A stretch of 64,000 bases of DNA from Eledone cirrhosa (GCA_964016885.1 OZ024749.1:42036001-42100000); one strand, 5' to 3'. Shown: positions 38,357 through 52,558, numbered from the stretch's first letter. A program made the numbers and translations. The notes: generated by a model not told the origin, from the sequence alone.

Positions 38357-38778
38357 AAGGAAGTGTGGTAAGGAACCAGATGGACCATAACGCACTAGAG
38401 TACTCAATACTTAGGATAGTAGAGTGGGTAATAGGAAAATGGTTTAACCCCAACGGCAGAGCTCAAGCCGTTTTGGCGGTATATAATTCAATCTATATAT
38501 GAAATATAGTTGGTTTTGTTGGTGATAATAATGGTTGTGTTGATAAGGATAGTAAAGAGGTTGGTGTTGTTGGTAGTGATGATGATGGTGTTAGTTTGTT
38601 AGTTGTGTTGATGATGGTGGTAGTGTTTGTGATGGTGGTGTTGACAGTAGGTGATGGTTGTGTTGATGATGATTATGGTGGTATTGGTGATGATGATGTT
38701 AGTGGTAATGGTGATGATGTTGGTTGTGTTAGTGATATTGGTGATGACAACAATAGAAGGAAATAAAACCCAACTCAC

Positions 38779-38954
38779 CCTTGACCAATCTTTTCCATTT
38801 TGGTATATTTCCTATTTGGGTCTCCTATAGTTACTATGGTCCGCAGTTTTTCTACAATTTCCTCATCACTCATCTTCTTCTTCTTCGGCTTCTCCTTCTG
38901 ACCACCCTGTGTAGCACCATTGGTCTTGTCTTCAGGCTCAATTGGCTTAGTATA
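38779..38954 (-). CDS. Pak: PAK exon ([10 protein letters not shown]...[35 protein letters not shown])
   Basis: Conserved MSDEEIxEKLRxIVxxGDP; AG/GTGAGT boundaries. Confidence 0.96.
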
Positions 38955-39350
38955 CTGAAACACATCAATAGCAATATATATATATATATTCACATACATA
39001 CAGTATATATATATATATTCACAGACACATATATAATCACACAGATACACATATATTCACACACAAACACACACTCATATATATGTATACACACACACAC
39101 TACATACTGTCTCTCCCTAACCCCTACCCCACAGCAATACTTACACATACACACTACATACTGTCTCTCCCTAGCCCCTATCCCACAGCAATACTTACAC
39201 ATACACACACACACTACAAACTGTCACTATCTCCCACACCACCATCATAGCAATACTTACACACACACACATCACCACATACGTGACATTGACATACTGT
39301 CTCTCTCTCCCCTACGCCACCACCTCTATCATCATCAAGGCAATACTTAC

Positions 39351-39455
39351 AATAGATTTAGTTTTATCAGGTCTGGTAGTAATTGGTGGGGGCACCTCTT
39401 CCTCTTCCTCTTCCTCCTCCTCAGGAGTAGTGGGAGCTGAGTTTTCAGTTTTAGG
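39351..39455 (-). CDS. Pak: PAK exon with acidic tract and PIX-binding segment (EEEEEEEEEVPPPITTRPDKTKSI)
   Basis: Resembles PPPVIAPRPEHTKS of group I PAKs; AG/GTAAGT boundaries, 105 nt. Confidence 0.92.
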
Positions 39456-39624
39456 CTGGAACATAAGAAACAATCTGTGAGAACTCCTCCACAAAACATA
39501 AAGAGAGTATTTAATAGGGGTGTGTGGTAATAGGGGAGACAACTGTGTTAGAATGTTGTTTAGTGTGTGATTTCAAGATAACCAGAATACTGAACTAGGG
39601 AGAGCACTTGGAAGAAGGGAATAA

Positions 39625-39665
<41 letters not shown>

Positions 39666-39670
<5 letters not shown>

Positions 39671-40201
39671 GTTGGACAAAATAATGGAAACATCTATAAA
39701 ACCGGCAAAAGCTTGTTTATTTTTATGTTTATTTATTTATTATTAGTGTTGCTTAATATGTTTTGTTAAAATTAGTGTTTCTTTTCAGATATCACCAGAA
39801 AAAGGCAATTAAAATTCATTAAAATGACAGATCTATCGGACTTTCAAAGATGTCAAATTGTTGGTGCTCGTATGGCAGGCACTAGCGTAACGAAAACAGT
39901 CGAAATGTTTGGTGTATCAAGAAGTACTGTCTCGAAAGTAATGACAGCCTTTGAGAAAGGGGGAAAAACCTCCTCGTCGAAACAAAACTCCAGAAGAAAA
40001 CCAAAACTTTCAGATAGGGACCGTTGGACTCTTATGTGAATTGTTAGAAAGGATCACAAAAGTACAGCTCCCAAAATTACTGCAGAGCTTAATGACCACC
40101 TCAAGAACAATAAAAATAGACAAGCTGTTGACCGTTTTATAGATATTTTAAAATTATGATGCTATGTTGCTAGGTGTTTCCATTATTTTGTCCAACCCCT
40201 G
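39666..40201 (+). mobile_element. Internally deleted Tc1-family transposon
   Basis: TIRs AGGGGTTGGACAAAATAATGGAAACA flanked by TA; ORF 39824-40039 encodes a Tc1 HTH (LSDFQRCQIVGAR...GVSRSTVSKV). Confidence 0.92.
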
Positions 40202-40694
40202 TATATATATAACCAAGAGATGGCAAAAAGAACAGACCTGCTGCTTCTCGAAATCTTTTTCATTTCTGCTTCTGTTCACTCTCTATTTTTCTATTTCTGA
40301 TAAAGGACTAGCGGTCCGAAACATGAAGACTTTTCCTATTATATTAAGTGTGAAACTAATATATTTCTTCATTGTCTGTTGTATTATTTATATTTACTTT
40401 TATGTTTACTTTTTTTATGTAGAATTTGAATGCAGAACATCAACTAAAAGTTATTTTTTAATAACAGCAAGAACATTTGATGTATTAAAAGTTAACTGTT
40501 ACAAAGAGATATTTATGTGGCTTACTTATATATATATATATATATATATATATCTTGTGCTATGTGTGTGTGTGTAGAGAGAGAGAGGGGGAGAGCTTAC
40601 TTATTTAGAGTTAAGTGTTATAGATGTGTGTGCATGTGTGGTGTGAGAGTGAGTCTGTGGTGAGTATGAGAGTGTGTGTGTATAGCTTACTTAC

Positions 40695-40759
40695 ACATAT
40701 CACAAGAGTGGTTCCAAATTTCTCTGACAAGCTTGGTCGAACGGAGCTTGAGCTCGAAC
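40695..40759 (-). CDS. Pak: Probable PAK linker exon (SSSSSVRPSLSEKFGTTLVIC)
   Basis: Pyrimidine tract plus TCAG, GTAAGT donor; supplies the phase 1 to phase 0 change needed between its neighbours; the peptide itself is not recognisably conserved. Confidence 0.65.
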
Positions 40760-40959
40760 CTGAGGATGCAAAAGTAGGAAATAATCTCATAAATATGCTG
40801 AGTTCAACACTTGGTGGGTAGTGATTGATACAGATGGGGTGGCTGGGACTGGGGTAGCTATGACTACTTAAAGGTGGGTGTACTAAGATCACAAGTAGGG
40901 TAGTTAAGTTAAGAACACAGGAATATGGGTGGTTAGAAATATATGGAGAAGGTGAATAT

Positions 40960-41605
40960 CCCTATATCTATCCAAGATATAATACAACCCTACATCTACC
41001 TAATGTGTAATACCACCCTTATATCTACTCTAGGGGTGGTTCCTCCCTATATATATATATATACCCCACTGTGTAGTGTAATACCCTACCTCATATCTAT
41101 CCAAAGTGTAATACCACCCTACATCTACCCAGGGTGTAATACCCCCTCCCCCCATATCTACCCAGGGTGTAATACCCCTGTCTCATATCTACCCAAGGTG
41201 TAATACCCCCCCCCCCCCCCCCCTCCCCCTATATCTACCCAAGGTGTAACACCACCCAACATCTACCCAGGCTGTAATACCACCGCCTCCTATATCTACC
41301 CAAGGTGTAATACCCCCCCCCCCCCATATCTACCCAAGGTGTAACACCACCCAACATCTACCCAGGCTGTAATACCACCGCCTCCTATATCCACCCAAGG
41401 TGTAATGCCCCCCCACCCCCCTATATCTACCCAAGGTGTAACACCACCCAACATCTACCCAGGCTGTAATACCACCGCCTCCTATATCTACCCAAGGTGT
41501 AATACACCCCCCTCCCTATATCTACCCAAGAGGTAACACCACCCAACATCTACCCAGGGTGTAATACCCCACTTCTCCTACATCTACCCAAGGTGTGGTA
41601 CCTCC
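40960..41605. repeat. C-rich minisatellite in a PAK intron
   Basis: ATCTACCCAAGGTGTAATACCCCC-type units. Confidence 0.9.
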
Positions 41606-41637
41606 CAATATCAACCCCACACTCATTAGATACTTAC

Positions 41638-41800
41638 TACTACTCGACTGTTTAATATGCATATATTTGGATTCCTTTTTCTCTTTTGTAGAGTTATCGT
41701 AGTAGTTGAGTACATCGAGGACAGCCTGTGGGTTTTTCTTTTGTTCTGATTTGGATATATTGGAGTTCTGTAATAACTTTGCCCATGATTCTGGCATGCC
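41638..41800 (-). CDS. Pak: PAK autoinhibitory-domain exon ([35 protein letters not shown]...[10 protein letters not shown])
   Basis: [31 protein letters not shown] is diagnostic of group I PAKs. Confidence 0.97.
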
Positions 41801-41977
41801 CTGGAGAAAGTGAAGAGAGAAAAACAAGACAAAATATTAACATGTAACGTCCTGCACCACATGAAACCACATTAGCAACACATTCTTTGGAAAGTAATAA
41901 ACAGCACTATGACTACATCACAGAAAAAAGTAATTACTCTAAAACTGTAAATTCTCACAATGATCTGTCCACTAAAA

Positions 41978-42217
41978 CAGAGGCCCCCAACCATTGGGCT
42001 GCGGACCGGTACATGGTACATGCTACCAGACCGGAAAGAAATAATTAACTTATTTAAATATTCAATATTCATCTACTCAATACTATCTGTCATAACTGTA
42101 AGTAGATTTTATAATTAATGTAATATTTTATGTCTACATTTATGTGCAAAGCCGGTCTGTGGAAATATTGTCCAGCATGAAGCCGGTCCGTAGTATAAAA
42201 AAGGTTGGAGACCACTG
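41978..42217. mobile_element. hAT (Charlie-like) MITE
   Basis: CAGAGGCCCCCAACC / GGTTGGAGACCACTG termini; perfect 8-bp TSD CACTAAAA (41970-41977 and 42218-42225). Confidence 0.9.
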
Positions 42218-42836
42218 CACTAAAATATTCTATAAACATTTAGTATAAATGAGTACTATGATTGCATCACATAGAAATTAAGTTTTTACTGCAAATTCTC
42301 AGAATGATCTGTCCACTAATAAAGATACTATAAACATTTTGAATGACAAATCTGTTTTTAGATATTTTCTGTTAACACTGAACACTTATAACAGGATCGT
42401 CTGTTTTTACATTTTACGACCAGTTTACGTAGCCACTATTTTTTAGATAAATATTAACCCTTTATCATTTACATTATTCTATATTTATTAATGTATTTTC
42501 ATGGTAAACACTTTATCTTACGTAATTATCTTACATAATATCGAATCTATGAAAATTAGATAATATTTATTTTGAGAACAGCTTAAAATTGTTATGAGTG
42601 GAGGGTTATAGCTGATTTGAACAGAAAGAGGCAAAAGAATTCTGGCCGGATATGGCCAGTTTAAATACTAAAGGGTTAAACCATAAATATATTTTTTAAA
42701 TAATATGATAGGAGCTATTAATTCAGATAAGAGTTGTGTTATGTGTACATAGCAGTAGTTCATTCACAACCAGAGGATCTGGGAGATATGTTCAAAATTT
42801 CAAGTACTTTGTTATAAACACACACACATACATTTG

Positions 42837-42901
<65 letters not shown>

Positions 42902-43330
42902 TCCTCATTATAAACATTTCTCTCTTTTGATTGTTATATTCTCACCATATAAACACTCTGGAAGGAGAGTGATTATAAGAGAAGACATGCTTTGAAAAAG
43001 CTGGTGGTTCAAGGAAGTGGGGATTTATTCAAATAAAAAGAGGTCCTTGGCTTAGTGATTAGAGCTTTGGGCTTGCAATCGAGAGGTTGTGAGTCCGATC
43101 CTTGGACCGAGTAATATGTTGTGTCCTTGAGCAAGACACTTTATTTCACATTTACTCAGCTGTAGAAATGAGTTGCAACATCACTGGTGCCAAGCTGTAT
43201 CAGCCATTGCTTTTCCCCTTGGACAATATTGGTGGTATGGTTTTTTATGCAAGTGTGGCAAGTCACATATATTCTAGCCAGTAGAAAAAGCAAAAATGAA
43301 TGCTTCACCATTGAAAGAGGGATGACTGGA

Positions 43331-43374
<44 letters not shown>

Positions 43375-43444
43375 ACATAGATTTATGTGTGTGTACATGT
43401 GTGAGTGTGTGTGTGTTATAATATATATGTTATAAAATACATAC

Positions 43445-43554
43445 AGTAAATTCTCCTGTGTGAGGATCGAAGCCCACATGAACTGTGTGCTCGAAGTTTG
43501 AAGGGTGTGATATAACTGGTTTTTCATTTTCCTTGATTTTGGCTATCTTGTTGC
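43445..43554 (-). CDS. Pak: PAK CRIB exon ([36 protein letters not shown]); absent from the ORF track in this frame
   Basis: CRIB consensus ISxPxxFxHxxHVG; TTTCAG acceptor, GTATGT donor; phase 1-0. Confidence 0.96.
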
Positions 43555-44084
43555 CTGAAAAATAAATATATATATATATAATATAAGATACATATTATCA
43601 CCATGTCCTCACCAACATTTAACATCCATTTTCCCTACTAGCAACAATGTACATATAATAATCATCTGAAATGGCCATTTGTCTTTAACTTTATCATAAA
43701 TGAAACAATATGATTATACAATATGAGAGTCAAGTTAAAAATAGATATTGTTTACTATTTATAGATATTCTGAAACAGGAAAGATTAACAGCAATGAAAT
43801 CATTGAACAGTGCCATGAGACAAGCTAAAGAAAAATATATATAAATATAAATATATATAATGGTAATGCAGCTGTCTGGCATATGGCAGATGTGAGTTGG
43901 TTTCCTGTAGGCTTCTCTGACCACTACTTTCTGTCTCCACTTGTTTCCTCTATTTTATAGTTAAACATACATTGTAGCACTTTTAAAAACAAGCTAACAT
44001 GTTCTCAATATATATATCCATATATATCATTATCCTCGTTTTTACGTCCGTTTTTCCAGGCTAGCCTAGGTTGGACAGAGCATG

Positions 44085-44170
<86 letters not shown>

Positions 44171-44543
44171 GTTTGTTGAATAATGTAGTTTCAGGATTAA
44201 GTTTAAACGGTGGTTTTCTTATCAACAAAAAACTAAAGCAACTAACTTACTATATTATCTGATAATGACGGAGACAGACATAGACGTTAGATCAACAACA
44301 AAACATAATAAACCAACCAGACTGACAAAACTAGAGATAGGGAAGTTGATAACCTAGTATGTAGTGGTAGTACGGTAGTACTGTACCCCTGGCGTATGTA
44401 TGGCTAACCAAAGTCTAACGACATTTGATGATGACACATAGGAAATGATTTGGAGCAATGGAATAGTTAATCTAAGATAGAACTGAAGGGAAGTGGGTTA
44501 ATGACTGTAAAAATATATAATATAGTAGTATTTATAGTATTAT

Positions 44544-44574
<31 letters not shown>

Positions 44575-44681
44575 GACAAGAATATATATATATATTTTTT
44601 TTTATATGTATATACATGTACATATATATATATCATAAGAGGGACAGAAGAAACAGTTGTCTATGTGAATAGGTCAGAACA

Positions 44682-44715
<34 letters not shown>

Positions 44716-44805
44716 GATGTACAGGGTGTCCCAAAAATGATGTATACACACTTGTTAGAATGCAGTTGATGTGTGTATACATTTTTATGACAGCCTGTAT
44801 ATGTG

Positions 44806-44846
<41 letters not shown>

Positions 44847-45723
44847 ATAGTAAATTGAAGATATGCTATTTATTATACTTTACTTCACAGACAAGAACTT
44901 TCAGCCATTCGCCCATATTTTTAGTTTCCTGTAACCTATCAACTTGTCTTAGTTCCATTACTTAACACCACCAACATTCTAAATATATTTCCGAAACCGG
45001 AAGAAAGACCACCAACAACAACAACAACATGACTGACCATAGGGCTTCCTAAATGCAGTAGAACTATCAACATTATACTTATTATAGCTGCTGAACATTT
45101 CTTTATGCTGTGTATCATTTAACAGACAATGTTAAAGAAGAAATCTATCTCTTGACAGGGTAAACATTGTTTGATCCAGAAAAGATTGTACTTAAATTTG
45201 TGCTGTAACCCTTTAGCATTTAAACTGTCCGAATCCGGCAAGAATTCTCTCACCTCTTTCTGTTCAAACTGGCTGTAACCAGTCACTCATACTGATATGA
45301 AGATATTCTCAAAATAAATAATATCAAAAGCTCATAGATTCAATAACATGTGAGATAATTATGTGAGGTGAAGTGTTTACGGTGAAAATATAATAGTAAA
45401 TATAGAGTAAAGTAAACGCTAAAGGGTTAAACAGTCGATCTTAGAAAACAACTTATGAGTATGTGTGTATTTCCTCATCACCAATATCATTAAACATCTA
45501 TTTTCCATGCTAGTAAGGGTTGGCCCATGTCATCACAGACCAAGTCAGTACTTAATTGGAATGACTGACCTCTCAGTCAAGTTGGGGATGGGATACATCT
45601 AGCTTACATACATTCTCCATATTCTACAAAGTGTACAAGAGATGTTATCAGTCTCGGCTCTCTTTCTATAGAATAATAACAGATAAATATTGTTCCTGTC
45701 AACTATCAGAAACCTGTGACGGG

Positions 45724-45768
<45 letters not shown>

Positions 45769-47241
45769 CACATACATTCAAGTAAACGGAAACAACAAAG
45801 CAAACAATGAAGAAATATATTAGTTTAATGCTTGGTATATTAGGAAAAGAATCTTTACATTTCAGATACTAGTCCTTCATCAAAAGATGAAAGAGAAAGA
45901 TAGAGAGTGAGAAGTCATTTACAGTTCAGTATGTGGTCTACCTGGTCATTTACAGTCCAGTGTGTGGTCTACCTGGTCATTTATAGTTCAGTGTGTGGTC
46001 TACCTGGTCATTTACAGTTCAGTGTATGGACTACTTGGTTATGTGTGTGTGTATGCCTGACTATATATGTATGTATAATCACAACATAAATAACAAAACA
46101 AAGCAGGTGTAGCATATAGACACAATTCTATCCCCCCCCCGACAATGGTGCACTCAGACATATACACAGGTATACATGTATGTGCATAAACATACAGACA
46201 CATACAGGTGTGCATGCATGTACAGAAATACAGACAGGTGCACATGCATGTACATAGACACACACACACACACACACACAGCACTCCCTGACACACATAC
46301 AGTACACTCCCTGTTACACACACACACACCTACACCCTGTTACACATACACAATGCACCCCCCCCCCATACCTACTTCCCACTACACTCCATCATACAGA
46401 CAGACACTCCCCCCCACTCCCATCATACAGACGCACACCCCCACACACTACACTCCCCTTCATAGAGACACCCTCCCCACACACACACAGTACACTCCCT
46501 ATCACACAGAGAAACCCCCACACACAGCCACACTACACTCCCCATCATACAGACTCTAAGAATCAGGAGTTACACCTAGTTTTACAGTAAAAACTCACAC
46601 AAGACTTAACAATGAGGGGAGAAAGGTGATCTCAGTGATGTTAAAAAGAGATAAAAGTTTTAAACAAACTAAAATTTATCAGAAAGATATCATGGCCATT
46701 GTTGTAGTAGTTATTGTAGTAGTATTTGTTACTGTTGTTGATGCTGTTCCTGTTGCTGCTGTTATTGTTGTTACTGGTACTGCTGGTGTTGTTTTTACTG
46801 CTGCCACTGCTGCTGCTACAGCTGTTATTATTGTTGTTGCTGTGGCTGCTGCTACAGTTGCTGCTGTTACAGTTGTTGTTGTGGCTGCTGTTAGTTGTTG
46901 TTGTTGTGCTGCTGTTAGTTGTTGTTGTTGTTGTTGTTGTGCTGCTGCTACAGCTGTTGTTTAATTTGAGGTGAGATGAGTCATGCAACAATCATTGTAC
47001 TCTCTCTCTCTCTCTCAGCTGGAAAATGACAGAATATTTCTAGCAAAGATCAATCATTGAACAGCCATATCAGTAATGACTGCGAAGGCATGTGGCCAAC
47101 TGGTTAGTCTGTTGGACTCATTCACGATCTAAAGGTTGTCAGTTCAATTCCTGGGCAAGGCACTGCTTTGTGTCCTTCGGCAAGATACTTCATTCCATGT
47201 TTTTTTCATGGAGCCAGCTAAACCTTCTACATGTGTGTGTG

Positions 47242-47312
<71 letters not shown>

Positions 47313-48236
47313 GTAAACTTCATCATTTCATTTCATTTCATATTAATAAGAGAGTTTAAGTAAAAGATTTTTCATTGTTGAAAAGTCTGTCAATTACAAC
47401 TCCCGACAGAGGCCTCGCTACTTTTCCCACCATGACACGAGGTCAGATTTAAAATCTAAACACACACAGCCAGCTAGAATAGATACTGCAAAATACTTTG
47501 CTGACGCTTTAACAATTTGGATAATCAATCACCACTGGATTGGTAGTTCATTTATTGATCCCGAAAGAAAGGCAAAGATGATCTTAGAGCAGAGAGAACC
47601 AGAACAAATGCCACTAAGCAATTAATTTGATACTCTGTTGACTCTGCCTAAATGGTTCAATAAAGCTATATATTGATTATGGTGAGATCAAAAGTTGGAC
47701 ACAATGATATACACATTTCTGGGGTGAGGAAACAGTTGGTTTTATTGATTTACAGGATTTCACCTGTTCTTAAGTTTAGTGAGCCCAGGAAAGGATGAAA
47801 ATCTAAGTCAACCTCAAGACTACCTTTGATTCTCAGATTATAAGTTTTCATATAACAGGTCAACCTTGATCCTGAGAAAAGCTTGATTCTGTGATCAGTC
47901 TTGATTTGGAGGTTAGCCTTGATCCTGAGATGAAAAGATTTATACAATGGATTAGCCTTGATTCTGAGGTAAGCTTTGATCCTGAGATAGAAAGATTTCA
48001 TACAATAGCCTTGGCTCTGAGACAGAAAAATTTAATACAATAAATCAGCTTTGATTTTGAAGTAGATTCTATACAACTGACTAGCCTTGATCCTGAGTTT
48101 AAAATATTTTATCCAACAGGCCAGCCTTGATCTTGAGATAGAAAGTTGAAGAGCCTCGTCATCATTTAGAGCAGTGATTCTTAACATGAGCAATTAGTGT
48201 GTGTAACATCAGCAACTTTAGAATTAGTAACAACAC

Positions 48237-48324
<88 letters not shown>

Positions 48325-49199
48325 TTGACAATTCCACACCCATGTTACTTGTGAATATGTGATTTTATTTAGAGATAAACCTTCACATACTCAGACATAT
48401 ATGTTCACACACATATACTCAATCACAGACATCATACATGCTTGCATGCATATATACAGATACATTCACACAAGCTTACATACACATTCACTCACATACA
48501 AACATGCATGCTGACACACACACACACACACATAGACATTACGCATGCTTACACATATATACAAACATAGATACTCACATTCACTTACATACATACATTC
48601 AAACATACACATACAAGAACAGACATCATACATGCTCATACACATACATATATACACAATGCTCACACACACACACATACATAGACATGAACACACACAC
48701 CCTTACACAAAATAGCTTGTAAATAATCAGAGAAAATATTTTAAAAATCTAGAAATTAGGTGGCTGCTGGGTGTTTAATTTAATGTGTATATAACACACA
48801 TTGTAGAACATATTAAATTAATGTAGAAGTGATTAACTATAATGACAACGACAACAACAGCACCAACAATGGACAGACAGATACAGATACAATGAACAAA
48901 TAACTCTGTTTTTTTAATAGCTTAGTCACAGCTCAGAATATTGGCTCCCATGACCCTGTATTATTTTTGCAGGACCTCTGAGAATAGTAAGAAGAAGGGA
49001 AGTTATTCTCAAATTGGAGACCTGGTCCCTGAATTCTTGCAACAGAGTGGACTGTTTAAAACATACAAGGACCAAATGGTGGTGTTAAACCAGGCCATAT
49101 ATTAAGTCTACAACCCAAGAACTTGAGATGCAAAGAGCCAAGTTAATGCTTTTTTGTTTTTTTTTTCTCTGACATATATCCATCCATGGGGCCCAGAAC

Positions 49200-49375
49200 T
49201 CCCCATAGAGATGTAGGCAAAACCAACCAGTTGGAGACCTAGGGGTAGACCCTGAGCAAGATAGTTGGATAATATCCATGAGCTCGACTTGTCACGCTCA
49301 GGGATCCAGCCAGATCAATTGGAGACAGTTGCTTCTGACAGGACCTACTGGAAGATGTATTGGAGTTGCGACTGA
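49200..49375 (+). mobile_element. Decayed RTE-clade (Expander/Rex3-like) LINE 3' end
   Basis: KPTSWRPRGRP*AR*LDNIHEL...SGIQPDQLETVASDRTYW. Confidence 0.7.
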
Positions 49376-49961
49376 TAGATAGTATTAGCAATTGGAAAGA
49401 CCAATGGAAACATTGTTTCCTTGGTCCGATTTGATGAAAATCGATCGAATGTTGTGTTATATTACAGTATCTCTGTTGAAGTAACAACGTAACACATACT
49501 GCAAGACAAGACAAGACAACAACTGTCAGGCAATATTTCAGGAAGGATGATGATAAAGAGGTACTGAAGAGGAAGATGTGGAGGAGGAGAAGTGTGGGTG
49601 GATGGTGGGGTAGTGGTGAACGGGTGGGGGTTTGGAGTGGAGTGGCGGGGGTGACAAGTGGTGGTGGTGACCATAGCAGAGTGGGTGTTAGTGGTGGTAT
49701 TGGTGGCCATGGCTGGAGAGGGGATATGGATAGGGATGGTAGTGGGGGGGGGGGGGGTGACACATTTCACAGCAAGATCAATAATTATTTAACAGAGTGG
49801 GTAGAGGTGGGAGGTTGAAAAGCATTAGGAGATAGAGGGGTGGTTGATGGGAGTGGTGGCACACAAGACTGATGGGGGAGAAGAAGTTTGGGGTGGGTAC
49901 AACTTTCTTTTTAATAAATTCCTTTGCAAAAAAAAATTACCAAATAGGAGTAAAACCCTTT

Positions 49962-50055
<94 letters not shown>

Positions 50056-51639
50056 GGGGTGGAGGGAATGATGTGGCAGGGCTGAGGAAGGAGTAGGGGC
50101 AATGAAGTCCACCCCTCCCCCACACCTCCACCCTTGCAACTACACCACCACCATATATATATAATACACAATAAAAAAAAAGGGTGGCAGCAGGGATGGA
50201 GGTGGTGGGGTGTAGGGAAAGAAATGTATCCCCCTCCCCACACACACACACCCATACCTCCACAATTTAATTTTATGGCTTAAAATTATTTATTAGGTTA
50301 ATCTTAACATCAAGAATATCTTTGAAGTAGTTTGCAATTCCGGGTGGAGTGGTGTGGAGATGGGGTTCGGGGGAGGGGGGGGGGTATTTTGGAGAGGGGT
50401 TTTAAGAGGAAGGGACTGTGAGATGGAAAAAAAGGTTACCTACCCCCGCCATCTTTACCTCACCCCATCCTTCCAAACTGAAGCCCCCTTCCCCCCACCT
50501 ATTTTCCATGGGACCTTGTTGGAATAGTTAAACATTATCTAAGGAGCTGAGAGGTGATGTGGTAAAGGAGGAGATAGAGAAGGCGATGGTGGAGGAGATA
50601 GAGGTGGTGGAGGTGGTGGTGGAAGATGTGCAGGAGGGGAGGACCCTATATTAACTGCTGTTTCTGTTCCTTGCAATGACTAATGTCCTAGTTTACTGCT
50701 GTTGTTGTTATTGCTGTTGCTGTTGTTGTTGTTACTGTTGCTGCTGTTATTGTTGTTACTGTTGCTGCTGTTATTGTTGCTACTGTTGCTTCTGATGATG
50801 CTGTTGCCATTGTTGTTGTTGTTGCTGCTGCTATCATTGTTGTTGCTGACTCCCTATTTTACTTAGCAGTAACTGATTAGATGATGCAAAAGATAAGGGT
50901 TCTGGGTGAAGGGGCGGGGAGGGGATTATAAAGGGTTTCCTAAAAATCAATGTTTGGGAACCTTACTGTGTTGTCTCAGGTGGTGGTGGTGGTGACGGTG
51001 GTGGTGACGGTAATGGTGGTGATGGTTGTGATAGTGGTGATGGTAGTGGTGATGGTGGTGATGGTGGTGATGGTAGTGATAGTGGTAATGGTGGTGGTAG
51101 TAGTGGTGGTGGTAATGGTGGTAGTGGTGATGGTGGTAATGGTCATGATGGTAGTGGTAATGGTGGTGGTAGTGGTGATGGTAGTGATGGTGGTAATGGT
51201 AGTGGTGGTGATGGTCGAGATGGTAGTGGTAGCAGTGATGATAATGGTTGTGATGGTGGTAGTGGTGGTGAATACAGTGCAAAGGAAGCTAATATCACAT
51301 CCTGGCTAGATATATATACATACATACGTTATATATATATATATATATATATACATATATATATACATATATATATACATATATATATACATATATATAT
51401 ACATAAAAATTGTGCACATATACACATACAAACATTAACACACACACACACACAAGCATGCACACACAACACATGCACAAATACAACATTTTAAAACTCA
51501 TACAATCAACAGTCACAAAATCTTATGCAAATATGTGCAGTTTGTTGCATGTTGTATTAATTACAAGTTGAAGAGATAATTAATTACTAAATAATTTAGA
51601 TTTTTAATGACCAGAGGGTAGAGAACTGAATATTGTCAT

Positions 51640-51801
51640 AGACTGACTATGAAGGAGTGATGCTAAAGCTGTGAAATCTTGTATGTATTAAACCACATTG
51701 TTTCTTTCCAGGGACTATATTGAAAAATAAACCTCATTTGGTTATTCCAAGAGAGTGTCTTGCTCAGCCTATGAACTTTTCAGTCGACACGTGTATATGT
51801 G

Positions 51802-51842
<41 letters not shown>

Positions 51843-51945
51843 ACACAAGTGTCGACTGAAAAGTTCATAGGCTGACTATGAAGGAGTGATGGATGTTAGA
51901 ACTGTGAAATTTCTTGCATGCATTAAACCACATTCTTCCTTTCCA
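51640..51945. mobile_element. mariner-type terminal fragments arranged back-to-back around a (TG)n tract
   Basis: TCAGCCTATGAACTTTTCAGTCGACAC (~51764-51790) and its reverse complement (~51848-51875); flanks match the end of the mariner remnant near 12260-12292. Confidence 0.65.
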
Positions 51946-52056
51946 GTTGATACTCATATTTCATATATTTCTCTACAGCTGCACTTTCTGAGTGGTTAAT
52001 GGATGAAAAGTAATGAAGAGACATGCCCTACATTCTGATATTAATAAATACAAAAT

Positions 52057-52336
52057 GTGGATTGGTCAAGGTGCCATGGTCTGAGACAAGACAGTGTGAG
52101 CATGGATTGGTCAAGTTATCATAGTCTGAGACAAGACAACACCAGTATGAATTGGTCAAGTTATCATAGTCTGAGACAAGACAACACCAGTATGAATTGG
52201 TCAAGTTATCATAGTCTGAGACAAGACAACACCAGTACGAATTGGTCAAGTTATCATAGTCTGAGACAAGACAACACCAGTATGAATTGGTCAAGTTATC
52301 ATAGTCTGAGGCAAGACAACACCAGCATGGATTGGT
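52057..52336. repeat. 45-bp minisatellite, about 6 copies
   Basis: ATTGGTCAAGTTATCATAGTCTGAGACAAGACAACACCAGTATGA. Confidence 0.95.
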
Positions 52337-52558
52337 GAAGAATACCCCTATCAGCTGTTGTTGTTGTAATCTGTGTTTATTGTAGACATATAACATCACC
52401 ATCATGACCAACAACAACAACACATCATTACAGTAGTTTGTTAAAATATCTCTTCACACCTTAAAGACTGCTGCTACTGCTGTTGATTTAAAAGAAGTCT
52501 ACTTAACACACTTATATAACATGATGGACAAACTGAAAAATATTGTAGATTAATTATA

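Noticed and set aside
44860-44960. Short minus-strand ORF MELRQVDRLQETKNMGEWLKVLV as a PAK first exon
   Set aside because: No strong phase-1 donor and no PAK-like motif
52028-52423. Repetitive Cys-rich ORF (YWCCLVSDYDNLTNS)n
   Set aside because: Open only because the 45-bp unit is a multiple of 3; no supporting splice signals
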